From Blastocladiella emersonii ATCC 22665 (Eukaryota > Fungi > Blastocladiomycota): a DNA stretch of 64,000 nt. A program made the position numbers and the translations under genes. Position 1 is the first letter of the stretch; each line of letters begins with the position of its first letter. Shown piece by piece: positions 34,776 to 47,274 of the stretch. The notes beneath the pieces were generated by a model. It was not told the DNA's origin and ran no database searches. It worked only from the letters and a program-made list of their open reading frames with translations. Location of the stretch: assembly GCA_025594325.1 (NCBI GenBank), contig JANHCV010000008.1, forward strand, positions 124,001 to 188,000, in the 5' to 3' direction.

Positions 34776-36560
34776 CTACTTCTTGGCCTTGGTCTTCGTT
34801 CTGCGCGGCATTGAGATGGCGAGCGCCGCGAGCGTCGCCGCGCGCTTGGCGCTGGGCTTGCGCACGCGCGTCGACTTGGCCCGCGTCGCAGGTGGCGCGT
34901 TCTTGACGTCGTTGGTTGGGTCCGTCTCCTGCGTGACTTGAGCATTGGACCACGCTGACTTGTCGTCTTCGGCGCGCTTGTCGTCCTTGATGACGCCACC
35001 CTTGGACGCCGCCAACTGGCGCAGCTTGGCCTTGGTCTCGCCGTCAACCACGCCCGCTGGATCTTGAGCAGCAGCCACAGCATTGACGGCCGCGGCCGGC
35101 GAGGTGAGCCCGTGTGCTGCGCCAACTTGGGGCTTGACCACGGACCCGCTGGTCAGTGTTGCACTGGCACCGACACCTGCAGCAGCGGAGCGATGGGCTG
35201 GGAGGTGGGGGCGATGGCATGAGCGTCAGCGTTGGTCACTCGGACGCGGAGACAGCAGCAAAGGGAAGGGAGCATACAATGAGACCGCTGCTGCAGTGGC
35301 GGAGGTGGTGGTGGCTGAGGTGGTGGCGGGGTCGGCGAACGTGGACAACGAAGGGGACTGGCGTCGCTCTCGCCGCCCTCGTCATTGAGAGAGGGGAGGG
35401 AGAGCGGGAGCGGGAGCGGGGACAAGGGGAAGGGCGCGGTCGTAGTCTCGACGGGCACGAGCAAGGGCGCGCCGGTGGCAAGCGGGACCGCGGCCGAGGT
35501 TGAGGCCAACATGGTGAGCGAGGCCGAGCCGCTACCATTGCCGCTGCGCGTGAGCAGCTTGAAGATACCGGGGTCGAGGCCGTTGTGGGCAGCGAGGTGA
35601 AGAGGCAACGCTGGGTTGCCGGGGTTGATGAGCATTGACAACGTGTTGCCCAACGGCATCTCAACCGCGTAGCCCGAGTCAGAGAAGGGCACGGCGCCGG
35701 CGGGTACCGATGACGAGGCTGAGGCCGCTGCTGGTGCCCCGGCGATGGCAAGGCCGGACGCGGGCGTGGCAGTGCTTGGCGGTGGGGCAGTGAGCCACGC
35801 GAAGCCCGTACCGTACCCACGTCAGGCACACGTCTCGCGGAACAGCACCGAGAAGCCGGTCACCTTCTCGGTAAAGTCAGGTTCCGCCACGACCTTGCGG
35901 AGCTTGGTGAGGTCGGATTGCCGGTCCGACTGGTTGCGGAAGTCACCCCACCCCTTTGCGGGCGACAGGGCCGAGCCCAGCTAGGCAGCGCGCGCGCGCA
36001 GGGGTGAGCAGGCTGCAGAAAGAAAGCGGCGGTGATGGCGGAGGCGCAACGTACCACGGCGAGAAGTAGAGCGAGGAAGCATTGGGCGCGGTTGACCTTG
36101 AGCACGGCCCCGTCCAGTTCCTGCAGCATCAGCACAGCGATGGATCCAAAGGATACATTCGCTATGAGGGCAAGGTCGGAGGGGGAGGGGAGGGGCGAAT
36201 GAGGGGTATGAGTTGTGTCGAGGGATGGGCAGACGCACGCAACGTACAGTTCACGGACAACAGGAGGACGCCGTTGAGCAGCACCTTGAGGATCGTGTTC
36301 GGGTTGCCGGCCGCGTCAAAGAGCACGTTGTTGGTCCACGCAGGCTTGAGGACGCCCATGTTGCCAGCCTTGGCCGCCTTGAAGGCAGCGTGCGCCGTGT
36401 CCCAGGTCCCCGAGGCAATCGAGGCGTTGTTGACCAGCTTCTGCTTGATGAACTTGAGGACCAGCGTGAAGAGGTTGGAGCTCGTCCGCCGTCGTGTTGA
36501 GCGGCAACACGGCAGGCGCCGAGCCGGACAACGGGCCAGGCGCAGGTTGGTGCAACGCCA
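34776..36560 (-). pseudogene. Divergent second gene of the Plavaka element (spliced, at least one premature TGA)
   Basis: Minus-strand segments 36162-36359, 35860-36135, 35824-35975, 35153-35692, 34776-35141 separated by pyrimidine-rich intron-like spacers. Confidence 0.35.
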
Positions 36561-36941
36561 TGACGGGCAACGCTTGGGACGCGAGATGGCGGTGACGGTG
36601 GCGGTGGAGGGCGGGTGGGTTGGATGCCAGCAGGTCGAGGGCGGCGGGTGTCTTGCGGGAGCGGAAGCGACCGAGGCCGAGCAGGCGCGAAGTCAAGAGA
36701 GGGGAGGGAGAGCGGGAGCGGGAGCAGGCAGGGCGGGGTGAGGGGGCGCCCCCTCTTTGCCTGCCTCTTCGCCGCCGCTGTGCAGCAGGCTGTGCAGCAC
36801 GCCGCCGAACGCGCAAACGCGCCAACGCGCCAACGCGCCAATCATGTGCTTGGCGCGTCGCTGCCTCGCCGCCGCGCCGCAATCTCTCCCGCGCGCGCGC
36901 ACGCCAACGCTGGGCCGCCCACCCTCACTGACTTTGCCCTT

Positions 36942-39507
36942 GTACTCGCGCATGTGTAGCGGGCGTCTGATGCGAGTCGCACCCGGTGACGTCTACAAGA
37001 CGTTCATGCGGCTGCTGCAGGTGCTCAGCGACCTCCCCGAGCTCTTGATCATGACGCTCACCAAGCAGGGCATTGTCTGCCCGCATTGCCCGACCGAGGT
37101 CGCGCAGTTTCTCAAACGCATGCTCATCTTTGGGTCCTACAACATCGAGGAGATCCGCGCCAAGCGCGTTGACCCCGCCATCACGGGCCTGAGCAAGGCC
37201 CAGCTCAAGGCGCTGGCCAAAACGCTTGGGTACCACCTGCTCAAGGTGCGCTGGCTCTCTCCATGCCCACTGCGCTTTGGCGCCGCCCATGTCTCACTCA
37301 CCGACCATTTTGCCCCCACACGAACGACGTGTAGAGCGGCTTCAAGGAGTGGCCCGGCGTCAACATCTTCAAGTGTCTTGCTGTCGACCTGCTGCACCAG
37401 CTCGATATTGGCGCGTTTGGCCGCTACCTGTGGTCGGCGCTCAAGGCCCTCGTCAAGAAGCGTGTGACGCACCCGCCGAGCCTCAAGCAGCGCATCAGCA
37501 TGACGCCCGCCTTCTCGAGCAACCCGCTGCGCGCTGGCGCCATCATGACGCGTGACAAGCTTGCCAGGCACAAGTGGCGGTGCCTTTACCACGTACGTGT
37601 GTTTCTCCGTGCTTGGGTAGACTCGCTGCTGGCTGGCTCCCTTCCAATGCTTACTCATCGTGTTTGCGTCGCTTTGCCTGTAGGTGATTGTGCCGCACCT
37701 GATCGGCCTGTTTTGTGAGAAGGAGCTCAACGACTGCGTCCTGCATCTGTTCAGCAGCTTCGCGACCGTGGCCACGCTCGCGTCCTCGCCGACCCTCACT
37801 GACTTGGCGCTGGAGCTGATCGGACGGTACCTCGACGTCTTCTTCGAGCACCTCGTGCCGTTCTTTGAGGACGCCGGTGTTGACCTCCCCGACGCCCTCG
37901 TGTTTCATATGATGAACCACATCCTGGGCTCGGCACGCCGTTTTGGCGCGCCGACGGCGTCCAGCACCGAGACCACAATCGAGCTCCAGCACAAGGTGTA
38001 CGCAACGGCACCAACGAAGCGCACCAACAGCTGGCAGTCGCTTGAGATTTCGGCGTCGCTCAACATTGCTGCACGCGACGCCCTGATCGCGCAGTTCTCC
38101 TACATGCGCGTCTACCACCCCGACCTCATCTCGCTCAACAAGGTCGACCCAACGCTCGCGCCCCTCGACCGGGCACTGGACGGCGCGCGGGCTCGAGTGG
38201 CCGCCGCTTGTGCCTCCACGCCCGCGACGACCTTTGCCCCTGCGCCCGCCGCCCCAGCACCCGCAACGACCTTTGCCCCTGCGCCCGCCGCCCAAGCACC
38301 CGCAACGACCTTTGCCGCCGCCACCGCTGCCCCCGCGCCCGCCCGAGCACCCGCAACGACCTTTGCTGCCACCACTGCTGCCCCCGCGCCCGCCGCTGCA
38401 GGCACCATCCGGTGTGTCAACAACATGGACATCGACATTGCCACGGACGAGGGCCGCGTCTACGCTCGCCTCTACGGCAGCCCGGAGCTCATCGCCGAGG
38501 TCAATGCCATGTCGGCGGCCACAGGCGCTGCGGGCAACGGCGCGACGACTGCAGGCGCTGGCGCGCCGATGGCCGCTACTGACGCTGCTGCTGAACCACA
38601 GCCCGCCGTCAGCTGCGTCGAGTTGCAGTACGAGGAGCGCCGCATCACGCTCAGCGTCATTCCCTCGCTGCTGCGCGGGTCCCGCTGCGGCGTCACGCTC
38701 GACTGGCTTGAGAACAAGTTCCCAAACCTCCTGCGCGGCCTCACCAAGGCCATGGCCAAGCACGTCCTGCTCAACATCAAGTACGTACTCCCGCATCACT
38801 GCCCTCTCTCGAAGTCATGCACTGACGCCACTCTCCTGTTCGCTCCCTGTCCTTTTCTGCCACCCAGCAACCGCAACGCCAACGCTGCGCTTCGTCCCAA
38901 GGACCTTACCGATGCCGCCGGCCGCGTGTCGCAGGTCCGCGGGTTCCAGTGCATGGAGATCCATCGCACGAGCGACCTCAACCGCCAGCCGATCGTCGAG
39001 ATCCTCAAGGCCCGTGTCACCGAGTCCCATGGTCGCCTTGTCAACGACTTTTTTGTGGTACGTTTAACCTCGCCTTGTTATCTTCCTGCCGCTTTACACC
39101 ACTCGTTACTGATCGCCTCCCCCTGGCAACAAACCCAGGCTTGGCGTGGCAACCAGGGCGGGCTCAACATCATGGAGCCCATCCTCTTCCTCGACTTTGC
39201 TGTCAAGGGCTTTGACGACCGCTTCCAGGTCGCCGTCGGTCGCTGGTTCTCGCGGTTCAAGCCCAACAGCAACACCATGCTCGCCCGCGACGCCATCACT
39301 CACCTGATCCAGGTGCGCCGCAAGGACGCCCTTGCCGTTGTACCCGTTCCCGCCATTGTCGGCCCTGTCCATCTCGTGCCGACGTTCCTCAAGCACCTCG
39401 TCAACGGGAAGCCCAAGAAGAAGCCGTACTACCACCTTAATTGGTTCATTGGCCGCGAGCAGTTCTTCCAGGAGTCTGACACGGCCTTTGACTCAATCCT
39501 GCGCTGA
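36942..39507 (+). CDS. Plavaka transposase, spliced, N-terminus apparently missing
   Basis: SDLPELL..CPHC, AVDLLHQLDIG, C-terminal IVGPVHLVPTF..YYHLNWF; GT-AG introns about 37246-37334, 37593-37683, 38781-38868, 39058-39139; PATTFA repeats. Confidence 0.7.
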
Positions 39508-39698
39508 GCAACGCTCGCCCACCATCCCCACCCCGCCGCGCTCGCCCCTCCTCTCCACCACGTTTGCAACCGCCATGGGCTAGTCCGACTCGGCTTCATT
39601 GCATTCTTTGCCTCATCCGAGTCTGTTGGTCGCGCACGGCTGGTCGCACACGGCTGCAACTTCACGCGCGGTCCCAACGGTCGCTGGCCCACCACCAT

Positions 39699-39826
39699 CT
39701 CCGCCGACGCCGGTTCTCGCTCGCCCGCGGCTCCGCCGACGCCGGTTCTCGCTCGCCCGCGGCTCCGCCGACGCCGGTTCTCGCTCGCCCGCGGCTCCGC
39801 CAACGCTGGTTCGCGCTCGCCCGCGG
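39699..39826. repeat. 32-bp tandem repeat, 4 copies
   Basis: CTCCGCCGACGCCGGTTCTCGCTCGCCCGCGG starting at 39699, 39731, 39763, 39795. Confidence 0.9.
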
Positions 39827-41417
39827 CTCTGTGGCGGCGGTCGCATCGGCTGCGCTCGCCGCGACCTATGGCCCGCACTCCGCCTACTCGTTTTTGCGGG
39901 TCGACGGGCATCATCGACAGCGCTGAGCCGCCCGACAAGCGTGCCGCCGCGCGCGACCGTGCCTTGGCGGCTCGCTGCGCCTTGGCGCTCGTCAAGATCT
40001 CTCGCGCGCGCGTCTTGGGCCCGCCGCGCAGAAGACGGTGGCGGTGAAGCCGTCGCCGCCGGATCGTTCCGACACGCGCCACCTCGCTCAAGACCCGGCG
40101 CGGGTCAAGTCGCCGCCGTCCTCGCGCGCCGGACCTCGCGCTGCCGACGCCACGGACCGTGCCACCGCAGCGGCCGTGTGGCCGGCCGGGCCGACTCGCG
40201 GCCATCGCATCAGCTCAGCAGCCACCGCTACGCACGGTGGCCGCCGCCGCCGCGGTGGTCGCTGCTGCCGCGTCCCCACGCTGTCCACCAGTCCCTGGTG
40301 GGCGGGTATGGCGTCGCCCACGGCGGGCATCGCGACCACGTTGCGCAGCGACTACTCTCGCTCGCCCTCGCCCCGCGGATCGACCCATAGCAATCAATAC
40401 ATGCATTTGATACTTGACACCGCGTCCCACCGTCCCGCCGCCACGGCTCGCGGCCATGGCAGCTGCAGCTCGCGGCCAAGTCCCCCGTCTGGGCCGGATC
40501 TGGGCCTGGCAACCAGATCTGGCCCGGATCTGAGCCAGACGGCTCATCTGGGCCGGATCCCGCCCCAACACCCGAGCCCCTCCGCGCGCGCCCACCCCGC
40601 CGCCCGCGTCTGAGCCGGATCCGGCCCAGAAGCGCAGTCTGGCTCAGATCCGGGCCAGAGCGGTGCTGCAGGTTTTGCGATGCTGGAACAGAAGGGCGTC
40701 GTCAAGCGTGTGTTCACCACATTTGGTTCTATTCATAAGTTTTACGGGGAGAGTGGACAGAATCTGAGCGCAAATTGTACGCATATCCGAGAGCAAATCG
40801 AGGCGCAATAGTGCGCGGAATCTCGCCGCAATTTGGCTGCAAGCGCACTAGGAAGCGGACAAAGTGGCACGGGCGAGGGCCCGCTTGCACGACTCTTGGC
40901 ATCCTATGTAGTCTCGTTGCCAGACCGTATTGTCGCGGGGAGCGGCGGGATTCCTGCAGTGGGCCGAGGCGGCCCTACCCAGCGCCTGCTGACCTGCGAC
41001 GTACGTCTACCCACAGTCGGCCAGCCAAGGTCATTTCTCCGAATGCCCGAGGCCACCCACGCCAACCATGTGGCTGTAGAGTCTGGCACCAAGACTACAT
41101 CCTATGGGCTCAGGGTAAAGACAGAAATCAAGCTTGAACCTGCGGTGTATTCGTGAGTACGCGAGATATACGGATCGTGGCACATTTTCCCTGGACAGGA
41201 TTGTTGATGCCAACAGAAGGAGGTGGGAGACAAGTAGTCAGGGATGTCTATTCCTGCCTTCGGCCCCGAACCCAAGACGGGGAGAGGGGAGAATGGATAA
41301 CAAAGCAGGGCGCGCCGCAGCGGGGTGCGGCGGCGCGGGAGCGAGGGATTGCAGGCGGCTCACGTGAGATCAGATGATTGATCACCGCGGTCGTGGCCAC
41401 ATGAACGACACGCAACA

Positions 41418-44400
41418 TCACCTCCCCCCAGACCGTGACCTGAGCGACTTGACGAACCCTTGGTACACCGCGTTCTTGAGCTGGCGACCGGACCAGCTGC
41501 GCGTGATGGATGACAGCGGGTCGGGCAAGGGTGAGCGCGCGCGCTTTGGGTTGGCGCGGGCGGGCAATGAGGCGGCCGAGGACTGCGTGACCGAGAACTG
41601 CGACTTGTCGGCCGAGACTTGGCGAGGAGCAGGATCTTGGCGTGGAGCGGGCACAGGGGAAGACGCGGCGACCTTGGAGGCGAGACGCTGCAGCGAACGC
41701 TGGCGCTTGAGCCGAGTGTCGGCCAAGATCTTCTTGTGGTAGTCGTTGATGGCGCCAGCGGTGTTGAAGCTGCTGGCGGGGATCCACAAGTTCTCGGTGG
41801 AGCGATTGGACCAGCGGACCAGGTACTCGCGCTCGCTGTTTGCGCCGTCGAGATGACAGGGGATGTCGCGCACGGTGTCCGATTCGCCCAAAGGCGCCGA
41901 CTCAGGCTGGATGAGGCGCAGGTGGTGCGCGGGGATCTTCTCGGCGAGTGCGCCAGTGGCGTCGCGGAGCACGTACGCGCCGCCACGGTTACGGCGGACC
42001 ACTGTGTACGGGCCCTTGTAGCGTGGGTCGAGGCGGGAGGCGCGGTCGGTGGTCATGCGCATGACGATGGCGCCCGCGGGGAAGTCAGTGGCAATGATCT
42101 TGCAGTGCTGATCCGTGCGCGCCTGCACAACGGCGTTGCAGTTGGCGGTGCGCTGTGCAATGGCGGGGTAGATGGACTCGGTCATGAGCTTGAGGCGAGC
42201 GAGCTGCTCCTGCTCGGTCATGTCGCGGAGGGGCGGCTGCGCGCTGTAGTCCCAGAGCGCGTTGGCGGGACGTGCAAACATGAGCAAGAAGGGCGTCGAG
42301 CCGTGGCGCGCGTGCGCGCGCATGTTGTAGGCGCACTGGATGGCCGGGACCATGGCGGGCCAGCGGTCGAGCTGCCCGTTGAGCGAGGGGAGCAGCATCT
42401 CCTTGACCGAGCGAACAAGACGCTCCGAGGCGCCGTTGGCCTGCAGGTGGTACGGCGACACAAGGCGGCGGTCGATGCTGGCCATGTCGGCAAGCGAGGC
42501 AATGATCTGGTTGGCGAACTCGGGGCCGTTGTCGGACTGGATGATGCGCGGGAAACCGAACTGGAAGCACGTGGCCAGGAAGCAGGTGGCGACCTCGCCG
42601 GCAGACGTGGAGCGGATCGGGTGGAGCCACGCGAACCGGGTGCAGATGTCAATGATCACGAGCACGTGCGTGTAACCGTTGGGCGAGATGGGCAGCTGCA
42701 TGCAGTCCATGGACAGGTGGTCAAGCGGCAGCAGCGCCTCGATCGAGCGCATCGGGTGGAAACCCTGCCGCGTGGCCAAGAACCGCGCGCACGGGATGCA
42801 ACTGGCAATGACGCGCTGGCAGTCGGCAAGCATGCCAGACCATTCGTGGCCGAGGACGACGAGCTGCTGCTGTGTGGCCGCGGGACCCGAGTGGCCCCAG
42901 TTGTGCATGCTGCAGATGATCTGGTTGCGCTGGTCATGTGGAACGGGCGCCGTGTTGAGGCGCTGCGCAGGCGGGACGGTGCCAATGGGCGAGAACTTGG
43001 GCCGCAGCGCGCTACCCTCGGGGGCGGGTGCGGCGGTGATGACGCGGGCGTGCACGGCGGGCGCGGGTGTTGAAGAAAAGCTGCCCCCATGGGTGGGTGC
43101 GGCAGCAAAAGCGCGGGCCCGCTCCGCGGGCGGGAGCGAGGCCAGCGCAAGGAAGAAGTGTCGAGCACGATTCTCTGCGAGGGAGAGATCGTGCGTCATG
43201 AGCTGCTTGAGCTCGCTGTCGCCGAGGGCACACTCGGGGAGAGACGGCGCAGGAGAGGATCCGGAGGGACCCCCCCCCCACCAGCGGGCGCCCACGGGGG
43301 GAACGCGATATAGGACGCTGGCCGGCGCGGTCAATGGCGACAAGACGGGCACGGGCGTCGGTATTATACAGGCGCGACAGGATGTTGGGCAGCACGTTCA
43401 GGACGCCGGGGAGGTGCGTGACTGAGAACGAGAGGGAGAGCAGCGTGTCGAGCCAGTTTTTGAGGACGGGTGACAGGCGCTTCCACGTGAACATGTGGGT
43501 AGAGCGAGAAACGGCGGCCGTGGAGGAAGTAGAAGAAGAGAGTGAGCGCGAAGACGATGCCGAGGAGCTCGCGCTTGGTGGCTGAGTAGTTCTGCTCGGC
43601 GGGCTGCAGAGAGCGAGAGGCAAACGAGATGTAGCGCGGGGACTTGCGGCTACCCTGGGACAGGACGGCGCCGAGACCGACGTTTGAGGCGTCGGTAGCG
43701 ACGAAGAACGGCTTGGAGAAATCAGGCGGCGCGAGACACGGGGCGGCGGCGACGGCGGCCTTTATGGCAAGGAACGCCTGCTCGCACTCGTCGGTCCACA
43801 CGTTGCAGTTGTCGAGGTCAATGCGCTTGAGGTTGCGCAGCGCGTTGAGCGGGTGCATGAGGGCCGCGGCGAGCGGGATGTAGGCGCGCAGGTAGTTGAC
43901 GAGGCCGAGGAACTTCTGGACCTGGTTGCCGGACGTCAGACGCGGCCAGTTGCGGATTGAGACGACCTTGGCCTCGGCGGGCTGCACGCCCTCAGCCGAG
44001 ACGACGTGGCCAAGCAGGTGCACGCGTGCGTAGTAGAAGAAGCACTTGGCGGGGTCGAGGCGGATGGTTGTCGTCGGCGATGACCTTGTTGATGTGCCGC
44101 GGGTCAATGCAGACGCGGTGGCCAACGACCTTGCCATCGTGGTCCTTCTTGGGGAGCACGATCAGCGGGCAGTTCCAGAGACTGCGGCCGCGCGCGCGGC
44201 AGATGACGCCCATGGCGAGCCACTTGGCGATCTGCTCGGTGATGATGATCTTGTCGGCAAGCGAGCGGTGGTACTGGCCCACGTACTTGCAGAGGGTGGT
44301 CTCGGACAGCTGCACGCGGATGACCGAGTCTGGGTGCAAACACACAGCCTTGCGCGAGATGGCGCCGTTGAGCTCAAGGGCCGCGCGGAGGACCAGCGGG

Positions 44401-44990
44401 ATACTGTCGAGGATCGGGCGCTCGCCCGCGGCAATGAGCCAGTCACGCTCGTCAGGCACGTAGGGCGACGGATTGTTGCGGCTCTTGGGCTGATCAAGCT
44501 GCACGCCGATGACGCCGATGCCAATGCGTGGCAGGATGTCAAGACCGAGGAGGCACAGGATGTCGGCGTCGACAACAAAGAACTCGTGCTGCACCTCATG
44601 ACGGTTCACGCGGACCCAGCAGCGGATGGTGCTGACTGTGCGACACGAGCTGACGCCGTCCACGTCTATGCGCTCAGCGACAAGGTGCCAAGCGAGTTCA
44701 CCAATCATTTTCAGCGAGATGAGCGACTGCTGCGCGCCCGTGTCCACGATGGCGCCTGGGACGCGAACCGCGGGACCGCCGTCGAGGAACAGGTCTGCAC
44801 GCACGGTCAGGAACGCCGGGTAGCACCAAGAAGGCTCGCCGCGAACAGGCGTGCAGTTCGCTGCAGCCGAACGAGCGCGCGAAGATGACATCGGGCTGGA
44901 TAGAGCCAGAATGATGAGGTCAGAGATATTATTATTGTGAGCGACAAGCGCCACGTACAGGTCGCAGATGGACGCGCGTGCCCAGGTCAC
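41418..44990 (-). pseudogene. pol: pol of element A: protease, RT with core deletion, RNase H, integrase, chromodomain
   Basis: VDTGA protease; RT N-terminus (CIDPRHIN) fused out of frame to RLDPAKCFF near 44065 with no YxDD; TDASNVG RNase H; HHCC, SMDC, SDNGPEF, GASER, GPY, EYLVRW. Confidence 0.85.
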
Positions 44991-45335
44991 GGAAATGCGG
45001 GTGTGCCCAGCCAGTTGGGGTTGACCGCACCCGCGCCGTCATGCTCACGGCGCGCACCAGAGCGGGCGGGGGTGGCGAAATGCGCGACGGGACCAAGGCG
45101 GCTGCAAAGGGGATCGTCGTGGGTGACGGTGGCAGCGCGGGCCAAGGTGGGGCCAAGGCGGGAACCGACAATGATGTGGTAGAACTTGTCGAGCAGGTGC
45201 GCAAACAGGCTGGTGGCGGACGCTGGCAGGAGGGCGAGGACACAGAGGTGGTGGGCGAGCAGGGGCTGGGAGCGGGGAATGCCGTTGACCGCGCGGGCAA
45301 GCGAGGAGACAAACTCAGAGCAGGAGCGCTCAAGG

Positions 45336-47036
45336 TCATCCGCCAAACTTGGTCTCAAGACCCGCGGGCCAGACGGGCGCCACGGCCGCGTGGTAGTTGC
45401 GCGGGGCGCGCTCGCGCACAGCGGAGCGGGAGCGCGAGCGGGACCGGGGACGCGAGCGCTGACGCTTGTCGCGGCCGCCACGATCACGATCGTGGCGGTT
45501 GTTGGGCATGGCGAGAAGCGCGCGCGGGGTGTCGCGAGACGCGCGGTCGTCATGGCCGGCCTTGCCCTTGTCGTAGTGGCCGTTCTTGTCGTGGGCGCCG
45601 CCGCCGCGGTGGTTGTTGTAGTTGTTGTTGTTCTTGTTGTTGTAGTTGTTGTAGTTGTTGTTGTTGTTGTTGTAGTTGTTGTTGTTGTTGTTGTAGTTGT
45701 TGTTGTTCTTGTTCTTGTCCTTGTCCTTGTCGCCTGACTTGGTGCGCGCAGCTGGCACGGCTGACGAGGCGTCACCAGCGTTGCCGGCGGGCGCCTTGCT
45801 GCGCGAGGCAATCTGGATGTAGCCGTGGGGGCTAATGAGGTTGACGAGCGTGGGCAGGGTGCACTTGGAGGTGGCGGTGCCGAGCGTGTGGCAGAGGGCG
45901 TTGTAGACGTCGTCCTTGATGCCCTTGACCAAGTTGAGGAACAAGGAGAGGAGCGCGGGAGGCAGGCGGCTGATGGGATCCAGGCAACCCACCTCGCAGA
46001 GACGCCAGACAAACACGACGCGGTGGCGCTCGAGGGTGAGGCCTGGAGTGGCGGGGAACGAGAGGTCAAGGTAGCGGACGATGGCGGCGCGCTCCATGTG
46101 GTCAAAGAAGTGGGCGATCAGCTGGTGCTCCTCGAGACCGGCGCCCTCACGGACCATCAACTTGTACACAACCTGGGCGTCGTGGCCGACGGTGGTGGTG
46201 GCGGCGTCGAGCAGCTTGTACAGGTTGTGCAGCGGGTAGAGGTCGCGGAGGTTGCGGAGGAAGGTGGCTGGGTCTTGGCAGTTGCCGCGGGTTGGGTGGC
46301 AGTAGTTGATGCGGGTGCTCTCGATGTCAGCGCGCAGCTGCTTGTCGACGCTGGTGGTCAACGCAGCAGGAGCGGCTGGCGAGGCGGCGGCTGGCGCGGC
46401 CAGGGGCGCCTCGGCGGGCAGCATGTCAACGGCGAGGTCGATAATGTTGTTGTGGCGCGAGTGCGCAGCGATGAGCGCGTCCAGCGCCTTGGCGGCCTGG
46501 GCCTGCAGCTTGGGCGGGTGGGTGGCCAACGTGCCGTTGCCCTGGGACGGCGCGGGTTGCGCGGCGGCGTCTTTTTTTTTTTTTAAACCTATGGGTATAC
46601 ACCATTCCTTAACAGTGGTTGTTTCCTGCAAGCAGAGTATCCACTGTGCGACGGGCATCAGCCCTTCTGCGGGCGGGCCACATTTTTTGTGACAGACCCA
46701 GACCATGAACGTCAAGGAGCATAGGATGGTTCAATGTAACTCACTGGGCTTAAGTGGGTTGTTACTTTGCGAGGGGACTGCTTGCTTCATAGAGAACCAC
46801 ACGCCTGGCCCGGACCCTCAGCAAACACCGTCTGGATGGGAAAGTTGCGCGGCGGCGTCGATGGCGGCCGAGCAGGCAGCGAACTGCTCACCAAGTAGCT
46901 GGCGCAGCTCGGCGGCGCGCGCGCGTGCGGCGGGCACGGCCTGGGGGTCCTTGGCCGCGGTGCTGCAGGTGCCGGGGAGCGCAGAGATGTCGCTGCAGAG
47001 CGCCAGCGAGATGGTGAAGGTGGGGTTCAAGGCCAT
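45336..47036 (-). pseudogene. gag: gag of element A, interrupted by a poly(A) insert; poly-Asn and RS tracts
   Basis: Removing 46572-46843 plus one TSD joins MALNPTF..DAAAQ to PAPSQG.. in frame; (AAC)n tract about 45610-45720. Confidence 0.75.
46572..46843 (-). mobile_element. 272-bp poly(A)-tailed retro-insertion (SINE or 5'-truncated LINE) with 16-bp TSD
   Basis: T13 at 46572-46584; GTTGCGCGGCGGCGTC at 46556-46571 and 46844-46859. Confidence 0.9.
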
Positions 47037-47274
47037 GCGGAAAACTACTTGAAGAAAATGTTGATGCCGACAGAAGGAGGCGGGAGACAAGTAGTCAGGG
47101 ATGTCTATTCCTGCCTTCGGCCCCGAACCCAAGACGGGGAGAGGGGAGAATGGATAACAAAGCAGGGCGCGCCGCAGCGGGGTGCGGCGGCGCGGGAGCG
47201 AGGGATTGCGGGCGGCTCACGCGAGATCAGATGATTGATCACCGCGGTCGTGGCCACATGAACGACACGCAACA

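Larger units (their letters stand above)
34238..40682 (+). mobile_element. Plavaka-type (CACTA/CMC-related) DNA transposon, 6.4 kb, 19-bp TIR CATCGCAAAACCTGCAGCA, 2-bp TSD CT
   Basis: Perfect inverted 19-mers at both ends, many subterminal GATCCGGCCCAGA-type repeats; removing the element and one CT restores an open frame (..EFEDLLTL/LEQKGVVKRVF..). Confidence 0.8.
41202..47274 (-). mobile_element. Ty3/gypsy LTR retrotransposon A (defective), 216-bp LTRs, TSD AGGAT
   Basis: LTRs 41202-41417 and 47059-47274 (TG..CA, 4 mismatches); AGGAT at 41197-41201 and 47275-47279; polypurine tract next to the left LTR. Confidence 0.95.

Noticed and set aside
41619-43073. 484-aa plus-strand ORF
   Set aside because: Antisense shadow of element A integrase
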